Below are positions 20,081 to 29,592 of a DNA stretch of 64,000 bases, piece after piece (the first letter of the stretch is position 1; each line of letters starts with the position of its first letter). A model generated the notes under the pieces. It was not told the origin of the DNA, ran no database searches, and worked only from the letters and a program-made list of their open reading frames with translations. A program made the translations under genes and the position numbers. The DNA comes from Minisyncoccia bacterium (GTDB lineage Bacteria; Patescibacteriota; Minisyncoccia; UBA6257; JAAZHW01), in the NCBI GenBank assembly GCA_041550235.1, contig JBFEPE010000001.1:8003-72002 (forward strand). The letters run 5' to 3'.

Positions 20081-20258
20081 TATATCACCACCGCCCATTC
20101 GGGCGGTGGTCTAAAGAACGAAGCAAAAGAACACCTCGTCCAGCCCCTAACTTGCAGAGGCTGGACGCCCCTCTATAAGAGGGGAATAATACAAAGAAAT
20201 AAATGATTTTTCTACTTATTGATTAAAAAATATATTAAAAAATTTAAAATTTTTTGTA

Positions 20259-20373
20259 TATTGGTATTTTATCTAAGTGTGACCCACCTGTTCCCATTCC
20301 GAACACAGAAGTGAAAGCATTTAGACCCGATGGTACTTGCCCGAACACGGTTGGTAGAGTAGGGTATGCCAAT
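20259..20373 (+). rRNA. rrf: 5S ribosomal RNA
   Basis: ccacctgttcccattccgaacacagaagtgaaag...ccgatggta...agagtagggtatgcc. Helix I pairs ttggtat with atgccaa. Confidence 0.8.
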
Positions 20374-20386
20374 ATTCAAAAGATTT

Positions 20387-21097
20387 TTAATTTTTTTTAT
20401 TTATTTCAATAATCTTGATATTCTTCTTTCTCCACTCATCTATTTTCTTATGATGTCCGGAGAGGAGGACTTTTGGGACTTTCCAAGCGGCCTTCTTATT
20501 TTTTGAATTTGGATAGAAAATCTCAGGTCTTGTATAAGAGGGGACACTAATCAATTTTTCGCCCATTCTCTTTGCCCTCTTGTTCTCTAATGATTCAATA
20601 TTCCCCATAAAATTTGGCAGAAGCCGAGATATGCTTTCTACTATTGCTAATGCTGGAATTTCTCCTCCGCTCAAAACAAAGTTTCCAAGTGAGATTTCTT
20701 CGTCGGCAATATATTTTGATACCCGCTCATCAATCCCTTCATAATGCCCGCAAATAAGTATTATATGGTCGTATTTTGATAATGCCCCTGCTCTTTTCTG
20801 ATTGAAAACCTTGCCTCCCAATGAAAGAAGGATGGTTCTAATCTTTGAATCCTTTTTTCTTATTTTTGATTTTATTTTTTTAACCGCTTTAAATATCGGC
20901 TCTATTTTCAAAACCATTCCCGGTCCTCCGGCAAAAGGTCTATCATCTACTTGCTTATGTTTGCCAATGGAAAAATCCCTTAGATTATAAAGGTTTATTT
21001 TTATTATTTTTTTGTCCCTTGCTTTTTTCAAGAGGGAAGCATCAAAGTATTTTTCAATTGCTTCAGGAAATATTGTGATGATATGAAATGTCGTCAT
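20387..21097 (-). CDS. trmD: tRNA (guanine37-N1)-methyltransferase
   Basis: MTTFHIITIFPE...DDRPFAGGPGMV. SPOUT knot motifs. 236 aa. Confidence 0.9.
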   Translation of the reverse strand: MTTFHIITIFPEAIEKYFDASLLKKARDKKIIKINLYNLRDFSIGKHKQVDDRPFAGGPGMVLKIEPIFKAVKKIKSKIRKKDSKIRTILLSLGGKVFNQKRAGALSKYDHIILICGHYEGIDERVSKYIADEEISLGNFVLSGGEIPALAIVESISRLLPNFMGNIESLENKRAKRMGEKLISVPSYTRPEIFYPNSKNKKAAWKVPKVLLSGHHKKIDEWRKKNIKIIEINKKN

Positions 21098-21139
21098 ATT
21101 TTTTTAAAAATTATGAAATAATAAAAAAATATTGATGGC

Positions 21140-21224
21140 ATCACTACCCCCGCCGTAGGCGGGGGTAGTGATATAAAAGTTGGCGGACATCTCTACCCCC
21201 GCCGTAGGCGGGGGTAGAGATGTA
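21140..21224. repeat. Two tandem GC-hairpin repeats (ctacccccgccgtaggcgggggtag)
   Basis: cactacccccgccgtaggcgggggtagtg and ctctacccccgccgtaggcgggggtagag. Confidence 0.75.
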
Positions 21225-21268
21225 AAATAGTTATCTATAATGTTAATAATTAAAAAATAATAAGCGAT

Positions 21269-21517
21269 TTAAATTCCCATGCCCATCATTTTCTTTGCCA
21301 TTCTCATCTGAAGTTCCTTTACGGCGGAATTGAATAATTCCTTTATTATTTTTTCTTGTTCTGATGTGGCTAATTCTGGGTTTAGGATTATCTCATCCAT
21401 TGTGAAGTCTCCTCTCACGACGATTTTAACTCCTTGTTTCTCAATCTCAACTTTCTTATTTTTTATTTCATTGCTAATACCCTTCATCTGAGAAATTTGT
21501 TTTAATTTATCAAACAT
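21269..21517 (-). CDS. ybaB: YbaB/EbfC-like nucleoid-associated protein (short)
   Basis: MFDKLKQISQMKG...VKIVVRGDFTMDEIILNPEL. 82 aa. Confidence 0.65.
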   Translation of the reverse strand: MFDKLKQISQMKGISNEIKNKKVEIEKQGVKIVVRGDFTMDEIILNPELATSEQEKIIKELFNSAVKELQMRMAKKMMGMGI

Positions 21518-21682
21518 ATTTTTGTTTTTAGATTATTTTTTTCTTGCGACTGAATTGCTTCTATTCTAACAGATTTTTTTGGATTTTGCTAAAATCTCAC
21601 AATCGCTTTGTGTTTTTTATTTATATAGATATAATGATTTTATGTATCTCACTTCTTTAAAGTCTAATAGGATAAATAAGAA

Positions 21683-21840
21683 CACCCCCGTCTCAGCCAC
21701 GTTGAAATTGCGAAGCAATTTTTTACGTGGCGAGGCGAAACCCGCCTTCGTTAAAACTTCGGCGAGGCGAAACCCGCCTTCGTTAAAACTTCGGCGAGGC
21801 GAAACCCGCCTTCGTTAAAACTTCGGCGAGGCGAAGAAAA
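21683..21840 (+). repeat. GC-hairpin repeat followed by 3 tandem copies of a 32-bp unit (gaaacccgccttcgttaaaacttcggcgaggc) ending at the aspS start codon
   Basis: Direct reading. The last unit ends ...cttcggcgaggcgaagaaaaatATG. Confidence 0.8.
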
Positions 21841-21842
21841 AT

Positions 21843-23147
21843 ATGAGGATATATATTAAAGATATAAAAAATAAAATAGGGGAGGAAATTAAAATAAAAG
21901 GCTTTGTTCAAACAATAAGAGACCAAAGTAAAATAAAATTTTTGATAATAAGAGATATTTCTGGAATCATTCAGGCAGTATTATTATCAGAAAACTCGGA
22001 GGCATTTAAGGCGACAGATGGATTAACCAATGAATCAGTGGTAGAGATTATTGGCAAGGCAAAAGAGGAAAAACAGGCACCCGAAGGAGTAGAAATAGAG
22101 ATAAGGGAAATTAAGATATTATCATTAGCCGACCCAAACTTGCCAATTCCGGTTGTAGAAAAAACAGGTGGAGAAGTAGATGTAAATAAAAGATTTGATT
22201 GGCGATGGATTGATTTAAGAAAGAATGATAAATTGATGATGATGAAGATATGGACTGAGATGGAAAGATTTTTTAGAAAATTTTGGGAAGAAAATAAATA
22301 TTTGGAAATACACTCACCAAAATTAATGGGCTCACCAAGTGAAAGCGGGGCAAATGTTTTTGAAGTAAAATATTTTGATAGAAAAGCATATTTGGCTCAG
22401 TCACCACAATTTTATAAGCAAATGGCGATGGCTTCTGGATTGGAAAAAGTTTTTGAGGTTGGTCCAGTATTTAGGGCAGAGCCATCATTTACCACAAGGC
22501 ACTCAACCGAATTTGTCGGTTATGATGCTGAAATTTCATATATTGAATCTCATCAAGATGTTATCGGCGAGATAGAGAGAATGATTAATTTTGTGTTAAG
22601 TGGAATTAAGGATAAATTTGAGGGAGAGATAAGGGATGTATTTGGGCAGGAAGTTGTTGTTCCTCAAATTCCATTTCCTCAATTAACAATGGCCGAGGCG
22701 AAAAAAATATTATCTAATTTAGGTGTTCCAAGCCAAGACAATGATTTGAGTCCCGAAGAAGAAAGGGCAATATGCGATTATATTAAAGAAAAAGAGGGGC
22801 ATGAATTTGTTTTCATCACAGAATATCCCATTGATATTCGTCCATTTTATCATATGAGAAAAGAAGATAACCCCAATATTACAAAAAGTTCAGATTTGCT
22901 TTGGAAAGGTGTTGAGATTATCACCCTTGCCCAAAGAGAGCATAGATATGATGTTTTAGTAAATCAAGCGAAAGAAAAGGGATTAGGCAATTCAGTTGAT
23001 TTTTATACTAATTTTTTTAAGTATGGCTGTCCTCCTCATGGTGGCTTTGGATTGGGTGCTTCAAGATTTTTAATGAAGATGTTGGACTTGCCAAGTATTA
23101 GAGAGGCGACATATCTTTTCCGCGGAGTAAATCGGCTGGAACCATAA
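21843..23147 (+). CDS. aspS: Aspartyl-tRNA synthetase, archaeal/eukaryal-type (class IIb, 434 aa)
   Basis: N-terminal OB fold. Motif 2 FRAEPSFTTRHSTEF. Motif 3 GGFGLGASRFLM. Confidence 0.85.
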   Translation: MRIYIKDIKNKIGEEIKIKGFVQTIRDQSKIKFLIIRDISGIIQAVLLSENSEAFKATDGLTNESVVEIIGKAKEEKQAPEGVEIEIREIKILSLADPNLPIPVVEKTGGEVDVNKRFDWRWIDLRKNDKLMMMKIWTEMERFFRKFWEENKYLEIHSPKLMGSPSESGANVFEVKYFDRKAYLAQSPQFYKQMAMASGLEKVFEVGPVFRAEPSFTTRHSTEFVGYDAEISYIESHQDVIGEIERMINFVLSGIKDKFEGEIRDVFGQEVVVPQIPFPQLTMAEAKKILSNLGVPSQDNDLSPEEERAICDYIKEKEGHEFVFITEYPIDIRPFYHMRKEDNPNITKSSDLLWKGVEIITLAQREHRYDVLVNQAKEKGLGNSVDFYTNFFKYGCPPHGGFGLGASRFLMKMLDLPSIREATYLFRGVNRLEP

Positions 23148-23151
23148 AAAA

Positions 23152-24528
23152 ATGATAAATTTGGAGAAAATTAAAAAAATATATTTTGTCGGCATAAAAG
23201 GAGTTGGAATGTCGGCATTGGCAAGCATATTTAAAAATGCTGGATTTTCAGTTCTTGGCTCAGATGTGAATCAAAAATTTTTCACTGATGAAGTTTTAAA
23301 AAAAGAAGGAATAAAGTTTCACAATGGATTTGATGTCAATAATCTAAAAAAATTTAACCCTGATTTAGTGATTTATTCCTCTGCTCATAAAGAAAATAAA
23401 GAATTAGAAAAAGCAAAAGAATTAGAAATTCCCGCCATTGATTATGGGCAGGGAATGTCTTTGATTTTTAATAAGAAATTTGGAATAGCCGTCTGTGGTT
23501 CTCATGGAAAAACAACTGTCTCTGCTTTGTTGGGGCAAGTATTGGAGGAGGCAAAATTAGACCCGACCGTTTTAGTTGGTTCCCGAGTGGAGAAATGGAA
23601 GGCAAGCAGTAGAATAGGCGAGTCAAATATAATGGTGGCAGAAGTTGATGAATATCAAAATAAATTAAAAAATTATTTTCCAAATGGAGTTGTTTTATTG
23701 AATGTTGATTTTGACCATCCAGATTTTTTTAAAAGCAAAAAAGAATATGACGATGTTTTTATAAAATTTATTAGCAAAATACCAAGAGACGGATTTTTGG
23801 TTGCTAATTTTGACGATAAGAAAGTAAGAAAGATGGCGGGTAGGGTGAAGTGCGAGGTGATATCTTTTGGATTGGAGAGCGGAGAATTTCAAGCAAAAAA
23901 AATAAAATATATTTCATCAAGAAAAATATTTCAATTTGAAGTTTGGCAGGGAGAAAAAAATATGGGAAAAATAGAAACGGGGCTTATTGGAGAGCATAAT
24001 GTTTTAAATATATTATCGGTGATTTCTACCTCTTTGAAGTTGGGAGTTGATTTCAAATCTATCAAAAGGGGAATCTCATTATTTAAAGGCACGAAGAGGA
24101 GGATGGAATTTAAGGGCGAGGTAGATGGGGTAAAAGTGATTGATGATTATGCTCATCATCCAGCAGAGATTAAGGCGACATTATCGGCAATAAGAAATGT
24201 ATTTCCAAAGAAAAGAATTATTTGTATATTTCAGCCACATACATTTTCTCGGACAAAATCATTATTAAATGATTTTGCTAAATCTTTTGTTGAGGTGGAT
24301 TCAACGATAATTTTAGATATTGATGGTTCGGCAAGGGAGAAGTCGGGCGATATTCATTCTCTTGATTTAGTCAAAAAGGCAAAAAAATTTAGCAATATTA
24401 AATATATTTCTAATTTTGATGAGACAATAGATTTTTTGAAGAGTGATTTGGAAAGGGGAGATATTCTCATAACAATGGGGGCGGGTAATGTCTGGCAAAT
24501 AGGCGAAGATTTTTTGAATTTAAAATAA
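23152..24528 (+). CDS. murC: UDP-N-acetylmuramate--L-alanine ligase
   Basis: IYFVGIKGVGMSALASIF, GSHGKTT and Mur ligase C-terminal motifs. 458 aa. Confidence 0.9.
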   Translation: MINLEKIKKIYFVGIKGVGMSALASIFKNAGFSVLGSDVNQKFFTDEVLKKEGIKFHNGFDVNNLKKFNPDLVIYSSAHKENKELEKAKELEIPAIDYGQGMSLIFNKKFGIAVCGSHGKTTVSALLGQVLEEAKLDPTVLVGSRVEKWKASSRIGESNIMVAEVDEYQNKLKNYFPNGVVLLNVDFDHPDFFKSKKEYDDVFIKFISKIPRDGFLVANFDDKKVRKMAGRVKCEVISFGLESGEFQAKKIKYISSRKIFQFEVWQGEKNMGKIETGLIGEHNVLNILSVISTSLKLGVDFKSIKRGISLFKGTKRRMEFKGEVDGVKVIDDYAHHPAEIKATLSAIRNVFPKKRIICIFQPHTFSRTKSLLNDFAKSFVEVDSTIILDIDGSAREKSGDIHSLDLVKKAKKFSNIKYISNFDETIDFLKSDLERGDILITMGAGNVWQIGEDFLNLK

Positions 24529-24614
24529 TGAGAGGATGTTTTTTTTGGAGATAGAAATTATCCCCCCGCCCGCCTACGGCGGGCGGGGGGATTTAATGCT
24601 CTATCTAAATAAAT

Positions 24615-24648
24615 TTGACAAGGGCTTAAAATTGTGATTATATGTAAG
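24615..24648 (+). promoter_or_regulatory. Sigma70-like promoter (TTGACA-N17-TTATAT) preceded by GC hairpin
   Basis: ttgacaagggcttaaaattgtgattatatg. SD ggagg lies before the ATG at 24692. Confidence 0.45.
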
Positions 24649-24691
24649 GCAGAGACAATTTGTCTTAAAAAATATAAAATGGAGGTTTAAA

Positions 24692-25303
24692 ATGGAATTA
24701 AAAAAAGATTTACAGGATTTAAAAATTGAAGATCGTCTAAATCTCAATAGACAAAGTTGGGTTGAGTATTGGGAGAATCAATATCCTACCCTAAAAGGTT
24801 TTGTTAATTTTGAAAAGTTAGAGATTGGCAGAGAAAGATATCTGAAAGTGTTAGCAGAAATATTTAAATTAGAGGATATAATTCCAGAAGATTATCTATT
24901 TGAGGTAATTAAAATTAGGAGAGAGGACCTAATAAGCACATTAGAAGAATTAAAAAGTTTTTTGGATGGAGAAATTAATTATATGAGGGGTGAGGTGGAG
25001 ACTTATGGACTCAAATCGCAGGAACAATCTCATTTATTACTCTACTTAGAAGAAATTAAACATTTTGAAAAAAATCTGATAGAACTTCTATCTTTTGATG
25101 GTTTTGTTTATGGCAATCTATCCCCTTATGGAATTATGTTCAGAATTACGTTTTTTTATTTGAAAGCAATTGTTGAACTTAGATACAAAGATCCTTATAA
25201 AGATCTTGATGATAAATCTTTTATAGGATTTTACAAAAATTTTATTGATTTTAAAATGTGCTTTATAGAGAGTATTGTCAGTCAATATCATTTTTGGTAT
25301 TGA
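24692..25303 (+). CDS. Hypothetical protein (203 aa) between murC and murD
   Basis: SD aatggaggtttaaaATG. No family recognised. Confidence 0.5.
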   Translation: MELKKDLQDLKIEDRLNLNRQSWVEYWENQYPTLKGFVNFEKLEIGRERYLKVLAEIFKLEDIIPEDYLFEVIKIRREDLISTLEELKSFLDGEINYMRGEVETYGLKSQEQSHLLLYLEEIKHFEKNLIELLSFDGFVYGNLSPYGIMFRITFFYLKAIVELRYKDPYKDLDDKSFIGFYKNFIDFKMCFIESIVSQYHFWY

Positions 25304-25645
25304 AATAATGCTATTCGATAAATAATAATGGAGGATTCCGAAAGGGATTCTCTTTTTTTAGGAGTTAAAAGATGAGAGAAGGGCAAAGACGAGCCAAGCA
25401 TATTTTCACATTTTTTGTCATTTCTGCGAAGGCAGAAATCTAAAAAATGAGAAAATATGAGATTCTTCGCCGAAGGCGAACGGGCCGACGGAGTATTATC
25501 CGCCCGCCATAGGCGGATGTACCACCTATGGCGGACGGGAATGACAAGAGAGAGGTGGGAATGACAGGGGAGAGAATGGCAAATAAAGAATGCCTTTACT
25601 TTTTGTAATTATGATAACGATGTGTAAAATAATAATATATAAAAA

Positions 25646-27070
25646 ATGAATAAAAATAAATTTAAAAACAAAAAGGTTCTATTGATGGGATTGGGGATAT
25701 TGGGTGGTGGAGTAAATATCGCAAATTGGCTCATTTCACAAGGAGCTATTTTGACTATCACGGATTTAAAAAAGAGAAGCCAATTAAAAGAATCAATTCT
25801 CAAATTAAAAAATAAAGACAAGCAAAAATTTGTATTAGGAAAGCATAGAAAAGAAGATTTCATCAACAATGAAATTATTGTCTTAAATCAAGACATCCAA
25901 TTAAACAACCCCTTTTTAAAAATCGCCGAAGAAAATAATAAGCAAATAGAAGACGAACTCACTCTATTCTATAAAAATAGCCCATCAAAAAATATAATTG
26001 CCATTACCGGCACAAGAGGAAAAACAACCACATCAAATTGGATAGCCCATCTATTAAGAAAAAAATTTAAGGGAATAAAGGCAATAGGAAATTCTCCTGA
26101 AAATTCTTTGATAGGGAATATAAATAAAATAAAGAAGGGGGAGCCAATAATCATTGAATGCCCATCCTGTATTTTGGAGCAAGCAAACAGAGTCAAATTT
26201 TCTCCAAAAATAGCAGTCATCACAAATATTTATAGGGACCATTTAAATAGACATAATGGGAAAATTAGGGAATATGCCATTACAAAAGCAAATATATTTT
26301 TAAATCAGAGCAAGAGTGATCTTTTGATTTTGAACTATAAAAATAAATGGACGAACTTTTTTATCAAGATGAAACCAAGGGCGAAAATTTTATTTTTCTC
26401 TACTTCTAATTTGTCAACCCAATTGAATGGAATATTTATTAAAAAAGGGGAGATATTTTTCAGGGAAAATGGCAGGGAAAAATTTATTTTTCATACAAAG
26501 AAATTTGTTGAAAAATGGGGAAGTCATAATTTGGAAAATATTCTGCCAGCCATTTTAGTTTCTTTGAAAAATGAAATCTCTGTGAGTGATGTCGTGAGTG
26601 GGATTGATGAAATTCCTCAAATCAAGTTTAGGCAAGAATTAGTTTTTAATAATGGCAGATTAAAAATATATAACGATACGGCATCTACCTCTCCAGAAGC
26701 AGGCATTTCTGCTATAAAAAGATTTTATAATAATGGGAGTGGCGATAAGGTTGTTTTAATAACTGGTGGAACAGATAAGGATTTGGATTATTCAGAGTGG
26801 GCAAAGTATTTGAAAAAATATTTCAAAAAAGAAAATGTTGTTTTTCTTTCTGGGAGTGCGACTGATAAGATGAAGAAGGAGGTTGAATGGGAAAAAGTGA
26901 TTGAGTTTAATTCTCTGAAAGAATGTTTTGATAAGGCGATAAGAATGACTGGAGAAAATAATTCAGCAACTATTGTCTTTTCGCCCGCCTCAAAGTCATT
27001 TGAGAAATTTAATAATGAGTTTGATAGGGGAGAGCAATTTAATAATCTCATCAATAAATTAAGTATTTAA
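25646..27070 (+). CDS. murD: UDP-N-acetylmuramoylalanine--D-glutamate ligase
   Basis: KKVLLMGLGILGGGV Rossmann N-terminus. IAITGTRGKTTT P-loop. 474 aa. Confidence 0.85.
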   Translation: MNKNKFKNKKVLLMGLGILGGGVNIANWLISQGAILTITDLKKRSQLKESILKLKNKDKQKFVLGKHRKEDFINNEIIVLNQDIQLNNPFLKIAEENNKQIEDELTLFYKNSPSKNIIAITGTRGKTTTSNWIAHLLRKKFKGIKAIGNSPENSLIGNINKIKKGEPIIIECPSCILEQANRVKFSPKIAVITNIYRDHLNRHNGKIREYAITKANIFLNQSKSDLLILNYKNKWTNFFIKMKPRAKILFFSTSNLSTQLNGIFIKKGEIFFRENGREKFIFHTKKFVEKWGSHNLENILPAILVSLKNEISVSDVVSGIDEIPQIKFRQELVFNNGRLKIYNDTASTSPEAGISAIKRFYNNGSGDKVVLITGGTDKDLDYSEWAKYLKKYFKKENVVFLSGSATDKMKKEVEWEKVIEFNSLKECFDKAIRMTGENNSATIVFSPASKSFEKFNNEFDRGEQFNNLINKLSI

Positions 27071-27112
27071 ATAATTGCTAAATTATAAATATTTTATAGA
27101 ATTAAAATAATC

Positions 27113-27425
27113 GCCAATGTAGCTCCCGCCGAAGGCGGGCGAAGCAGTTGGTGGAGGTTGGAACATTACGAAGTTGTGTTTCAACCCGTGGTAAGGAGTA
27201 CATTTATTTATATTTTGCCAATGTAGCTCCCGCCGAAGGTGGGCGAAGCAGTTGGTGGAGGTTGGAACATTACGAAGTTGTGTTTCAGCCCATGGTAAGG
27301 AGTATATTTATTTTTATTTTGCCAATGTAGCTCCCTCCGTCGCCAAGGCTATGGAGGGGCATGCAGTTGGTGGAGGTTGGAACATTACGAAGTTGTGTTT
27401 CAACCCATGGTAAGGATTAGATATA
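27113..27425 (+). repeat. Three tandem ~104-bp repeats, each a scrambled tRNA-Thr-like fragment with an embedded GC hairpin
   Basis: Each unit starts gccaatgtagctc (the tRNA-Thr 5' end), carries cccgccgaaggcgggcga and ends c(c/a)tggtaagga(g/t)ta (anticodon loop + 3' stem). Units start at about 27113, 27217 and 27321. Confidence 0.75.
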
Positions 27426-27456
27426 TCTTCTCAAATATTAAAATCTGAAAAAATAT

Positions 27457-27494
27457 GCCAATGTAGCTCAGCTGGTAGAGCAACTCCATGGTAA
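27457..27494 (+). pseudogene. 5' half of a split tRNA-Thr(GGT) gene (acceptor through anticodon loop)
   Basis: gccaatg-ta-gctcagctggtagagc-a-actcc-atggtaa. The 3' partner lies at 45551-45592. Confidence 0.75.
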
Positions 27495-27650
27495 TTTCTC
27501 TCCCGTGATAAGTAGAGTGAAATTAGTTAGAATACAAGAGAAAGTTAATGGATAAGGGGGTTTTAGCGGGGAGGCATCTGGCAAAAATGGGTCGTGGTCG
27601 GTAGATGTAAAAATTATCATTAAACAGCAAAAGGTTATTATATCTCTTTT

Positions 27651-27723
27651 GCCGTTGTAGCTCAGTTGGTAGAGCAACGCCGTGGTAAGGCGTAGGTCAG
27701 CGGTTCAAGTCCGCTCAACGGCT
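27651..27723 (+). tRNA. tRNA-Thr (anticodon GGT), island-borne copy
   Basis: gccgttg/caacggc acceptor. D-arm gctc-agttggta-gagc. Anticodon arm acgcc-gtGGTaa-ggcgt. T-arm agcgg-ttcaagt-ccgct. Discriminator T. Confidence 0.85.
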
Positions 27724-27748
27724 CCTTAAAAAGCATTACAGATTAGTA

Positions 27749-28660
27749 ATGTTTTTTATTATTATGGATATACAAATTTTAGTTCGTAAGTTTTGTGATT
27801 ATTCAACTTTTATTAAAGGATATACTCCGCAAACAATTAAGAGATATAGGCAGACAATTCGTTCCTATATCAAATTCGCTAATATCACTGAAATAGAGGA
27901 AGTGAATTTAGAGAATGTTCGTAATCTTTTTTATTCTGGCCGAACCCAAAGGAATTGGTCAACCAATACCTATATCTGCTACCATAAATCTTTAATTGTT
28001 TTCTTTCGTTGGTGTGTAAGTGAAGGCCACCTTCAATCCAATCCAGCCGAAGAGATTGAAGTGCCGAAACTGGAAAAGAAAATTCCGCCTAAATTAACCA
28101 AGCAAGAAACGATGAGGATATTGGAAGTAGTAGAAAATTATCCTTATATCAATGATTTTTTAAGGCAAAGAAATTATGCTATCTTTGCCACAATCATAAT
28201 GGCAGGATTGAGAAAAAATGAGATTATCAATTTAAGGTGTGTTGATATAGATATTGAAAATCTCTCTATTTTTATTCGGCAGGGGAAAGGAAGTAAGGAT
28301 CGGATTGTGCCAATCAATTACAAATTAGCTGAAATTTTAAGCAAATACGAAAAAGAAAGAAAAAGATTGAAAAAAACTTGCCCCGAATACTTTGTTTCTC
28401 TCTATAAAAATATGGGGATTAGGCATAATGGCTTAAAGTTATTGGTAGAACAAATATCAAAAGCATCGGCGATTAAATTCACTCTTCACAAATTAAGGCA
28501 TACCTTTGCCACAATGATGTTGGAGGGAGGATGTGATATTTATTCTCTCTCTAAAATGATGGGCCATAATGATATAAAAACAACCACAATTTATTTGGCC
28601 GCCAGCATAGAGCATTTAAGAGAACAGATGATTAAACACCCAATGGGAGATGTTTTGTAG
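27749..28660 (+). CDS. Tyrosine site-specific recombinase/integrase (XerC/D-like)
   Basis: C-terminal catalytic box HKLRHTFATMMLEGGCDIYSLSKMMGHNDIKTTTIYL (R..H-R..Y). 303 aa. Adjacent to the tRNA. Confidence 0.9.
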   Translation: MFFIIMDIQILVRKFCDYSTFIKGYTPQTIKRYRQTIRSYIKFANITEIEEVNLENVRNLFYSGRTQRNWSTNTYICYHKSLIVFFRWCVSEGHLQSNPAEEIEVPKLEKKIPPKLTKQETMRILEVVENYPYINDFLRQRNYAIFATIIMAGLRKNEIINLRCVDIDIENLSIFIRQGKGSKDRIVPINYKLAEILSKYEKERKRLKKTCPEYFVSLYKNMGIRHNGLKLLVEQISKASAIKFTLHKLRHTFATMMLEGGCDIYSLSKMMGHNDIKTTTIYLAASIEHLREQMIKHPMGDVL

Positions 28661-28730
28661 GCACTCTTGGATTTACACTTGACTTTTTGTGTGTTTATGG
28701 TTAATATAGTAAGGGAGGTAAAAATAAAAA

Positions 28731-29326
28731 TGTTTACAGAAAAAATAAAAAAGAAAAAAAGAAACATTTCTCAATGCGAATTAACAAGTAGAAGTTCTGA
28801 GAAGCAAAAATCAGAATTAAAAAAGAAAAGAAAGGGATTGGCCAATAAAGACATAAGAAATCTTTTGAAGTTAAGCTCATTTGTTAAGGAGATAATGGAT
28901 TATAATGGTTATAGGGTATTTTTAACTCCAAATGGAGCTGGTGAGATCAGTGGAAGGTTTAAGCAGGTAAAAAGACATATATTAGAGCATAAAATCAAAG
29001 TGAAAACTTCAATACAAAGGTTATTGGAGTATAAAAAAACACTCATAGAAAATGGATCTGGAATAATAGAAAAAGATATTGCCACTATAAACAGAGAAAT
29101 ATATTTTAACTATCATTTATACAAACAAACGAAAAACAGAGAAAAGAGAATTAGAAAAAAGAACAACCCAATAATTGAAGGAATTTCTGAAAGTGGAAAA
29201 GAAAATAGACGACAAAGAAAATTATCAGGAGATGAAGATCAGCAGGTAAGAATAGCTTGGAAAAAATCCCACGATATTATAACCAAAAGTAAAACAAGGA
29301 ATGCTAATCTCAAAAAAGCTAAATAA
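28731..29326 (+). CDS. Hypothetical basic protein (listed ORF from 28667; ATG at 28731 preferred)
   Basis: SD gggaggt precedes 28731. Lys/Arg-rich. No family recognised. Confidence 0.4.
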
Positions 29327-29334
29327 TTAGCACA

Positions 29335-29365
29335 AATCCGTTCTAACTCAGAGCGGATTTTAATT
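29335..29365 (+). terminator. Hairpin terminator
   Basis: aatccgttctaactcagagcggatttt. Confidence 0.5.
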
Positions 29366-29400
29366 TATCTCTTGCCAATAAGAAATTTCGCCGTATAATA

Positions 29401-29592
29401 AAATCAATAATTTAATATGCCTAACCCCTATGATTATTCATAGGGTATGGCGATAAATCCATCCCTGTATTGAGCTCCTCGTTCAGCTTATCAGGGATGG
29501 TCATATTCGGAAACGGATATGGATGATCGCAAGATCGTCAGGTTGGCGGGGAGCTTTGTGTTCCAAGTCAACCACTAAAACCATCCCTAAAT
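29401..29592 (+). ncRNA. Candidate structured cis-regulatory RNA in the 5' leader of the 29593 membrane-protein gene
   Basis: Locally GC-richer. Hairpins ccctatga-ttat-tcataggg; ccatccctg...cagggatgg; tattcg-GAAA-cggata; gatc-GCAA-gatc; ggttg...caacc. A second ccatccc copy abuts the start codon. Confidence 0.4.

Noticed and set aside
21737-21835. Considered whether the 3 x 32-bp tandem repeat (and the 3 x 104-bp array at 27113-27425) could be CRISPR arrays
   Set aside because: Units are directly abutting with no unique spacer segments. One array ends in a start codon and the other is tRNA-derived. No cas genes are present.
27148-27677. ORFs 27148..27330(+) and 27468..27677(-)
   Set aside because: They fall inside the tandem tRNA-like repeats and the tRNA-half-to-tRNA spacer.
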